Part shown: piece after piece, positions 11,611-20,000 of the stretch
Layout: every line of letters begins with the position of its first letter
How positions within the stretch are numbered: position 1 is the first letter of the stretch
NCBI GenBank assembly: GCA_002245135.1
Contig: NGBS01000329.1
Location: 58,729 to 78,728, forward strand
Origin: Proteromonas lacertae
Lineage: Eukaryota
Direction: 5' to 3'
Length of the DNA: 20,000 bases
Notes under the pieces: model-generated
The model's input: the letters and a program-made list of their open reading frames with translations, nothing else
The model's database searches: none
What the model was told of the DNA's origin: nothing
Position numbers and translations under genes: made by a program

Positions 11611-11807
11611 ATTTAAAATCCTTTCTTTGGTATATTAAATATATTTAGATTAAAATTATATCAAAATATTATAATTTAAAACGCTAATAGACAAGTGTTT
11701 TTTGAATTGAAAAAACACACAACCTTCTTTGTTACGATTAGTATATTACAAAACAAAACAATATATTTTACAAAATTTACATTAAATACAGGAAAAATGA
11801 TTATCTA

Positions 11808-12896
11808 CTACAAAAATTTGAGTGGATGATATAACTTATTCTTCCTTTTTGGTAACTTTTGGAACCTTTTCCACTGTCCCTTTCTAATCTTGTGAAACCA
11901 ATCCCATTTTTTACCTATTGAGTTTTTGTCAAACAATCTATAAGTGAGATTATGATAAACCACTGCTTGAGCTACCGATGTCTCACTGATTGCATGATAA
12001 CCATTGTTCACTTCATTCTCTATTATTTCCATCAACTTCTTACTCCATCGTTGAATAAACTCTCGACTTGTATATTCTATATTATCTAAATTGTGTTTAC
12101 TTTGATAATCTTGTTGATATTTCATATATTTATCACTTTCACAGTAATAATGCCAATAACTATCAGGACTGTCTTTGCGAATATCATAACTGATTAAATC
12201 ACTATTATCACTGTTAAAACTATTTAAAAATTCACAAAAATTTCCACTATAACCAACATCTTGTTCTAATATCCAAATATTATTATAACATCGACCTATT
12301 GTTTCATACCATAAGATTATTGATTCACTGTGACTTATCCACATATAAAATTCATTATCATTACGGTTTAATTGTTCTACACAATGATTTGGCTTTCTTA
12401 AATCATTCAATTCTTTATAATTATTCATTAATTCTTTTGTTGAAATATAAAACGTTTTATCAAATGAATACGTTATATTTGGATTATCTCGATGGATTAT
12501 ATACCATACATCGTATGTTGAATTAAAACTAGTTTCCCAATCGACATACCTTTCTAATTGGGATTTTGTTGGATTCTTGAAACGAATTACGACAGCTTCA
12601 TCCTTTTTGCATTTACCAACATTAGTAGCTGGTACTAATGTTTTATAAGGAAAAAATAAATGTGGTTTTGTTGGTGGTATTGTAATTGGATCTGTCTCTA
12701 TTGAATGAATATGACGTTTGGGAGGAATAGTATCATCCATTTTGTGACGAAGATATGTTTTGTCTTTTGTCTCTTTTGATGGAGGATTTATTTGAAAGTC
12801 TTTAGTTGAAGGTAATTCAGAGATGAAATATATATTAAAAATCAGTATTACTATTACTGTCAGTAAGCACATATCTATCATACTAACATGTCTCAT
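11808..12896 (-). CDS. Type II membrane protein, DUF3405-like / putative glycosyltransferase-related
   Basis: Intronless 362-aa ORF with N-terminal signal anchor and Pro/Thr stem. IWILEQDVGYSG and terminal LYHPLK resemble DUF3405-type motifs (recalled, not searched). Confidence 0.6.
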   Translation of the reverse strand: MRHVSMIDMCLLTVIVILIFNIYFISELPSTKDFQINPPSKETKDKTYLRHKMDDTIPPKRHIHSIETDPITIPPTKPHLFFPYKTLVPATNVGKCKKDEAVVIRFKNPTKSQLERYVDWETSFNSTYDVWYIIHRDNPNITYSFDKTFYISTKELMNNYKELNDLRKPNHCVEQLNRNDNEFYMWISHSESIILWYETIGRCYNNIWILEQDVGYSGNFCEFLNSFNSDNSDLISYDIRKDSPDSYWHYYCESDKYMKYQQDYQSKHNLDNIEYTSREFIQRWSKKLMEIIENEVNNGYHAISETSVAQAVVYHNLTYRLFDKNSIGKKWDWFHKIRKGQWKRFQKLPKRKNKLYHPLKFL

Positions 12897-13046
12897 TCTA
12901 ACTAATCTAATAACGTTTTAAAAAATTCATTCAAACATTGATCAAACATTTTGACATTTCATAGTAGTGCAATAAAACACTTAAACAATATTAAAAAATA
13001 TAATAAAAGGTATATAAACTTATAATTGGAATATAAAATTACATGT

Positions 13047-14269
13047 TTATTTATTAAACATTTTCATCTTTTCTGAAAATGACAATTCTCTTTCTTCTTG
13101 AGCTGGTTCTTGTTTATTAAACTTCTTCATCTTCTCAGCAAATGATAATTCACCTTCTTCCTTCTCAACTGGCTTACTATCATTAGGATTCTCTTCTTTC
13201 GGTTTTTCTTCTTTCTTTGGAGATGGATGTACTGGTGATAATGCAGGTGTATGATTTGTAGCAACTTCCTCCTTTTGTGGAGATTTTACTGGAGTAACAG
13301 CAGGTAAATCAGAATTGGGGACTTTAATTGGAGATTCAACTGGTTCAGATATTGTCTGTTGTGCCATTTGTTCAGTTAATGGATCTAATAATGGTTCTTC
13401 TACTACTGCTGGTTGTACTGCTTGCTGAGGAGGAGGTACTTTTACAGGTGATGTTGCAATTGAAGATGTTGTTGTTGTTACTTCTATTTCTACTGCTGGT
13501 GGGTTATTGGCTATATCAATATCAACAGTTGGTCGATTGGGAGGTGATTGAATATGAACTGGCGAAGGAGCTATTTGAATTGGAGTATCTGTTGGTTTTT
13601 CTGCTTCAAAATGTGTTACTTCTTCTGGTATTGGTTGTACTTCACTTGATTCTACTTGTACTGGCATAGCAGGAACTGCAGCTCCTGGAATTGGAGGAAC
13701 TGGTGGTGGAGGAGGAGGTGGTGGTGTAGGACGTGAAGAAACAATAGGAGATGTTTTAGAAGGTAATGGAGGAACTGGTGGTACTGGAGGAGGAGCAGGT
13801 CTTCCTGGAATTGGAGGAACTGCAGTTGGATTTGTTGGGAGTGGAGGGGGAGGTGGTGGTGCTTGACGATTGGGTAATAGAGGAACTGGAGGGACAGGAG
13901 GTGGAGGAGCTGCTGCACCTACTGGTCTAATTGGTAGAGGTGGAGTAATTGGAGGAACATTTGCTGGAACTGGTGGAGGAACTGGACGATTTGGAACTGG
14001 AGGAACAGGTGGAACTGGTGGTGGAGTTGATCCAGGAACTGGAACAGAAGAAGGACGATTTGGAACAGGGGGTGGAGGTGTTCCAGCTACGGGATTTGCT
14101 GGATGTGGAGGGGGTGGAGGTGGCGGAGGTGGAGCTCCACCTACAGGTCGATTTGGTACTGGGGGAGGTGCAGGAGCTGCAGGTCTCATTGGAACAGGTG
14201 GGGGTGGAGGTGCATTAGTGGCCTATACTATAATAAACACGAATATACTGACCAACCAGGAGGATTCAT
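13047..14269 (-). CDS. Proline-rich, verprolin/WIP-like disordered protein
   Basis: ATG at 14269 (MNPPGWS), 26-nt GT-AG intron at 14223-14248, then ORF with many PPPVP(N)RP (PxxPxR) repeats and a duplicated C-terminal ELSFxEKMKxFN motif. Confidence 0.8.
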
Positions 14270-14370
14270 AGTTTTTTTAGATTAAGATCTTTTTCTCAAA
14301 TAATAATCAAACTGCTTTTGAATAAATACAGTGTATATAGTGTATAAAGTGTATTAATATATTTTGAAAT
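14270..14370. promoter_or_regulatory. Probable compact bidirectional promoter
   Basis: 101 bp between divergent ATGs (14269 minus, 14371 plus); three AGTGTAT copies at 9-bp spacing (14330-14354). Confidence 0.4.
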
Positions 14371-15539
14371 ATGTCTTTTTTTCAAAGCAGCAACAATTGT
14401 AATCTGATTCAGGGTAGTGTAATGTTACCAGTACTCTTCTTATTTGTGTTATATCATATAGGATCCCCCAAAAGATACTATTAGCAGTATGAAGTTTAAT
14501 GACCAAGGAAATTTATTGGCAGCTACATCATGGGATGGTGGCTTATACATTTATGATATTAATCCAAGCCAAATTAGAATTGCAACAAAATACACATCAA
14601 CAGATCCACTCTTAGGTTGTGCCTGGACTCAAGTAAATATATAAATTATAAATATCAATAGACACAAGATGGATTATTTGTATGTGGATGTGATAAAAAA
14701 GTAATGCTTTATAAACCAAACGGAAATCAAACCCAACAAGTTGCTCAGCACAATGGTCCAATAGCCTATATGTTCCGAGTAGATAGTATCAATTGTATAG
14801 CTACAGTATCATATGATAAATCATGTTGTTTCTGGGATTTAAGACAATCTACACCAGCTGTATATATTTATATTATATAATACGTATAGATGACTAAAAA
14901 TATATCATTCTATCCACAAGCATGTGATATTCAAGATAGAATTGTAATGATCAGTGATAATGATAACAGTTATTTATTCGATATAAATTCAATCCAAAAT
15001 TCACAACCAGTTCAAACATATGAAACTCAAACAGTTAAATGCCTCACTATTCGAAGTGATAAGAATGGTTTTGCATGTGGTACTTATGATGGTCATGTTA
15101 TTACAGATAAATTCACTCAAAATAGTTATCCTGATAAAACACTCACTTTTAGATGTCATCATCGATGGGATGGTGTGATGCCAAGGTGTGAAACATATGC
15201 ATTAAATGAGTATATAATAAATATATTATTTATTTTAAAATAGTGTAAAATTTCATCCACTTAAACCTCAATTGTTAATTACTTGTGGAGATAATAAATG
15301 TATTAACTTTTGGGATATTAAGTCACATCAAATATTATTACAAGAATATAAAACAAAACAAGCGTATTATTTTTATTATTTAGTAACTTATAAATATATA
15401 TATAAATAGATGTACTGAAGTCAATTGTTTAGAAATGGATAAGAATGGAAATATGCTTGCTTATAGTCTAGGTTATAGTTGGTGTAAAGGTAGAAGTGGT
15501 GTTAATAATAGCAATCATGTTCATATCTGGGTTGAATAA
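14371..15539 (+). CDS. RAE1: Rae1/Gle2 (Rae1/Bub3 family) WD40 protein
   Basis: DPPKDTISSMKF...LAATSWDG, TFRCHHR, YALNDVKFHP, LAYSLGYSWCKG (cf. Rae1 AYAxSYDWSKG). GT-AG introns at 14431-14461, 14633-14661, 14860-14889, 15210-15243, 15364-15409. The last codons (TGG GTT GAA TAA) lie inside the transposon end. Confidence 0.75.
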
Positions 15540-15782
15540 TAAAGGGACAGGGCAGTGGCGGGACAAGGGCATGTCCCGGGCAAAAATTGAAAGGGGCGTC
15601 CTTTATACTATCTAAAAATAGAAAAGGGTACAATTTGCCCTTTTCAATTATTTTATTTGAATTTTTATATTTTGTGCGATTTTAGGGATATTAAACGCTA
15701 TAAAAATATTTATTCTTTTCATAATTATGTATTATTATCTTATAACAATAACAAACAATAATATTTCATTATAATAATAGCC

Positions 15783-17588
15783 TTAAAAGTAAGGGCTTTG
15801 AGATCCTTCATCACTAAAACCTTCATCACTAGAACTTTCATCACTTAAACCTTCATCGCTAGAACTACCAGAACTTTCATCTTCATCACCAGAACATTGA
15901 TAATCTAAAGTGTCATATACTATATTGTTATCAATTTCATTCAGCACATCTAAATTATATTCTTCTTCACTAATATCATTATCATCTTCATTTATATCTT
16001 TTTCTTTGTTTTTTTCTTTTAATAAATCATATTTTATTCTTAAAATATTATTTATAGTATTAAGCTGTAATTTATTTCTAATATGATTATGAACTATTCC
16101 CTCAATACTAAATGAACGTTCAATAAATGAGCTTGTGACAGGAATAGTTGAAAGAATATCATATAGCTTCTTAACATTTGGGTAAAAAACTCCATACATA
16201 TTGTACCATATATTAGTTGATATCTTTTTCGAAAATATATCTGAAGGGCACTTTTTGCAGTATGGTTTTCTTCTTTCAAAATGATAAATCTCATTTAATG
16301 CTTTCTGATTTAAAATAGGGCTGAATTTAGATAATATATATCTTTTTATATTATCCTTCTCCATGTCTGAAAATTTATGTTTACTGTTTATGTCTAAAAA
16401 TTCATATAGAGCTAAAATGCTGTAGTTTGCATGTCTAGTCTCTTTTTTTATAATGTCTTTAATAAGTTCTTTTTCACTTGATGACCTTTTCATTAACTTT
16501 CTTTTAATTTTGGTCAATATTCTGAAACCATCATTTAATGTAGATGAATCTTTGCATAATAAGTGTATATTTGTGGAAATATATTTTGCAATCTTGTAGC
16601 ATTCTTTAATTTCTTGTATATCTTCTTCCTTTAATAATTTTATCTGTAATAAAATTTCTTTATTGAGTAATATTTTTCTAAATACATCGCTATAGCTTGA
16701 CCATCTCGTATCACAACCCTTGCGTATTTGGATATTTTTTTGTATAATTGAATATATAGTTTCTCTAATCTTTTGATTATTATTTAACTTATGAATAATG
16801 TCATTACACATGACTATCACTTTTTTGTATTTCTCTATTTCGAATACTTTTTTACTGATTAAGTTTAGGATGTGTGCTAAACATCCAAACTTTACTACAG
16901 GTCTATTTATTTTTTTCTCTAAAATACTACTTATCTTTTTCATGGTGTAGTTGTTATCACTACTCACAGCAACAATGTTTTTAATATCTAGTTTATACTT
17001 CACTAATGTTTGAATTATTAATTCCACTATATTTTCTGATGTTTCTCGTTTATGTAAATAAATGGATTCCAAAAACGAAATATCACTGCTTTTCTTTATT
17101 GCCAAATTAATAACGTTTTCATTGGTTACTGATTTCCAAGCGTCCACAATTATACATATTTTACTGTTATCTACAATTTCCTTTACTATTCTTTCTGCTT
17201 CTTCGTTCATTGATGCTTTTATTTTGTTTATTGTTATTGACTTTGTAGTTGGATTTAATGTATATATTAGATTTTTAAAGGATTTAGATTGTATGGTTCT
17301 GAAAGCTAAGTTATTTTCTATAAGATATTTGGTCACCATTAAGTTTATTGCACGTTCATCATATCTCAATTATGTAAGTTTTGATTGGATTAGCTTTTCA
17401 CTACATCTAATTTAATAAATATAATAAATATATTTATACTTTTTGTAATGACGTTTCAAATTAGTGCAATGAGCAATAATCATTGCCTTGCACCTTCTGC
17501 ATTGAATTCTGTTGTATTTTTCAAGGGGTTTCTTTAACACCACATCTTCATTAAAGTATCTATACACAGCATCTCTCGTTTTACCCAT
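15783..17588 (-). pseudogene. hAT transposase with BED zinc finger; one in-frame TAA at 17370-17372
   Basis: Exon 1 from ATG 17588 (VYRYF...CRRC...NLKRHYKK), intron 17407-17439, then C-SEKLIQSKLT*LRYDE. Catalytic IIVDAW, SSDNN, CLAH, TRWSS and IERSFS (hATC dimerisation region) are intact. Confidence 0.75.
15803..15890 (-). repeat. Degenerate tandem repeat encoding an acidic S/D/E/G transposase tail
   Basis: Repeated (AA)CCTTCATCACT/GCT-AGAACT units encoding SSSDEGLSDESSSDEGFSDEG. Confidence 0.6.
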
Positions 17589-18166
17589 ATACAATTGAAA
17601 TGCAAAATGATAGCTCGAAATTCTCAAACCATTTTCTAAGTATTGAAATAATTGCTTGAAATACATTAAGTAGTATGCAAAATATACTAAATAGTAATTT
17701 TGAAATAGTTTTTCTATTAGTTTATGAAATATATTATGTTATTATCATAACAAGTACTATTGATTATCAATTAACTGAAAATACCCATTCTATAGCTATA
17801 CTTCTTAATTATCTATATGATATATGTGTAATATACAAAATTATTTATTATATAAATTTCATTTATGTTCAGTGACGTCAATCACCTTGAAATGTACATA
17901 ATGTATATATATGCATATCAGAATATGATATACAGTATGTATATTCTATATAATTAGTATATATGCATAAACATATGATATTATATAATCATAAGAAAAG
18001 TAGATGACTATTATGCTATAATACACAATAATATATCCTTTTTAACATATGTTAGTATATCTAGATGATAATATGGAAAAGTTATAACAAAAAATCAGAA
18101 AAAATATACTACAGCATAACACATGGTAATATTACTATGCCCGAGCAGTAAGGGGCAGGCTTCTTT

Positions 18167-19386
18167 TCAGCTGAAAAAAAAGGGGCAAAAATAGGGCAAA
18201 ATTCGAAAAGGACGCCCTTTATCGAACCCAGTCTTGTGTATAAAATGAGATATTAATATTGTTTGATATTTTTCATTCATTTCCCAAAATAATCTTATAA
18301 AATTAATTAAATTGATGGTTATATTTATATCTATTGTGTTATCATTCAATAACCCATTCAGTATGTTACAATAACTCAAAAAATCAATCTTTTTTGTCAA
18401 TATACAATCAACTTTACTATATTCGATCAAATATTGAAATACTGATAAACATTCTTTTCCAATATCACTCATACTATAACTATCAATATCAACATATTGG
18501 CTTCTTTGTAGAAGAATATTAAATGATAATATAATACATTGAATTATATTCGTATCAGTAAATAAAATCTTTCCAAAATCATCATTAAATGTCAATCTCA
18601 ATAAAATTGATATACAATAAATTACACCTGCATATTCTATATTATTTAATAACGTTGTTAGTTTCTTTATGAATTTTCGGTATAGTTTATTTGTTCTTTT
18701 GATATGTAAACTGTATGCTGCATTACCTTGAATCACATTACTCAAATAGTGTAAAACTATTTCAGATTCTGCAGTTATTTCACGATTTACTATAAAAATC
18801 TAAACAATTGGTTATTTATTGTTAATTCATAGTCTGTTGGATGGTGTAATAGAATATCTGAATCTAAATAGGATATAAAACGGAGAGACAGTGTAAAGTA
18901 TTCTAAGATTTCAGATATATGAAGAAAGGATTCTCTTATATTAGGAGAAAAATCTAAGATCTTCTCTTTCATAGATCCAAGACGAAATAATATATATATG
19001 TTTGGCAAATAGGACATTAGTTCTTCGTCATTATCTTTTTCAATATATATCATTATACATCGGTTTTAAATTAAGTCTTTCGAAATTTCTTTACATTATT
19101 ATTCATTAAAAAAAGATATAAAGCAATATATCGATTTTGTTAAATCGAATTACTTCATTAAAACTCTCAATTCTAAATGGTGTCGAAAAAAGGGATCGAA
19201 TGGAGACTTTTATTTGATTTGACAGTTTTGTTGTATTTTCAACATTCAGTTCAGATGTTTCAATCATTCTAATACATTCCATTGGATTCATACTCGAAGT
19301 AAATTCAAATTTATGGTTCAAGTTTTGGCTTGAACAATATTCAAAAAAATCTTTATTAAACTTTCATATCTACTTTTTAAGGACAT
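18167..19386 (-). CDS. Helical (ARM-like) hypothetical protein, frame-disrupted; C-terminus runs into the transposon; possible pseudogene
   Basis: Collinear ORFs 19106-19321, 18790-19053 and 18167-18745 with Leu/Ile-rich helical character. Frame breaks are not resolved by typical short GT-AG introns. The final GFDKGRPF...FFFS* is encoded by the transposon end. Confidence 0.5.
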
Positions 19387-19449
19387 TCATACTTCAACAA
19401 TTATCAAAAACAATAACAAAATCATAATATTTATAAAGAACAGACAAAA

Positions 19450-20000
19450 CAATTATTTATTCTAACCACCAACCATACTTGCATATTTTATTTAAATAAT
19501 CTTCATTGATTTCTTTTATATCTTTTCCTTCATTACCATCTGCTATTCTTATTTTTATCTTTACATTCTTCACTATCTATTTCATTAATTCATTTTTGAT
19601 TTCTATTATTTCTGTGAGTGATAGTTCAACATTTATAGAAAATAATATACCACCTTCTTCACTTCGATTATAATATAGATTCTTTATTATACTTTTATAA
19701 GTATCTTCAATTGGAACACATATTCGAAATACAAATCGGAAGAACAATTTCCATCTAATTGATAAACAGGAACATATTCATATCCTTTCTTCTTATCCCA
19801 CCACCAATTTCCATTTTCACATTCTTTTACAAATTCTTCATCTATAACTATTTATATATCAGGCATTTCTATTACTCCTGTATAATTCATATACGTTGGC
19901 GCATATTCACTGACAATAAACGATTTCCTTCATTTGGGCATTCATAATACAACTTATTAACTTCAGGAGGATTAGGAATATTAATTTTAGTTAACCATAT
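19450..20000 (-). CDS. 3' part of an unresolved gene entering from the right edge
   Basis: Purine-rich minus strand with open stretches (IWLTKINIPNPPEV..., IDEEFVKECENGNWWWDKKKG) and a plausible GT-AG intron near 19849-19895. The frame cannot be fully resolved. Confidence 0.35.

Larger units (their letters stand above)
15527..18231 (-). mobile_element. hAT-superfamily DNA transposon (about 2.7 kb)
   Basis: Imperfect TIRs CTGGGTTGAATAA (15527) and reverse complement CTGGGTTCGATAA (18231). GC-rich subterminal AGGG/GGGC repeats at both ends, including shared AAAGGG(G)CGTCCTTT. Internal hAT transposase. Confidence 0.85.

Noticed and set aside
13328..14285. Plus-strand Gly-rich and Leu/Glu-rich ORFs (13328-13669, 13870-14271, 13949-14218, 14103-14285)
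   Set aside because: Antisense shadows of the proline-rich gene.
15548..15560. CAGGG as the canonical hAT left terminus
   Set aside because: No matching CCCTG at the right end; the CTGGGTT..ATAA pair gives the better inverted match.
17600..18130. AT-rich transposon interior and ORF 17675-17875 as a cargo gene or repeat array
   Set aside because: No coding signature or regular repeat-spacer structure; likely the transposase promoter and 5' region.
1..20000. Prokaryotic systems, CRISPR arrays, tRNA or rRNA genes
   Set aside because: The window is intron-containing eukaryotic DNA, and no such signatures were seen.

Overview
Very AT-rich, gene-dense eukaryotic DNA with short (about 24-50 nt) spliceosomal introns, short intergenic spacers and TGTTT(T)GTT motifs downstream of several genes. 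This resembles Blastocystis or related Opalinata stramenopiles (inference). Left to right: an LRR protein (5' end outside the window), a coiled-coil protein, an unknown protein, a large CHD-type chromatin remodeler, a small zinc-finger gene, an internally duplicated multipass membrane protein, a DUF3405-like type II membrane protein, a proline-rich protein, a Rae1/Bub3-family WD40 gene, a 2.7 kb hAT DNA transposon, and a frame-disrupted helical-protein gene. Highlights: (1) one well-supported and one probable 50-nt AT-AC (minor-spliceosome-type) intron with non-consensus donors; (2) a CHD with a bromodomain inserted inside chromodomain 2 and a C-terminal CX2CX18CX2H GATA-like finger that also occurs in the neighbouring small gene; (3) a hAT element with no visible target-site duplication that supplies the stop codons of both convergent flanking reading frames, and whose transposase has a single in-frame TAA. 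All gene models were spliced by hand and need RNA-seq confirmation.
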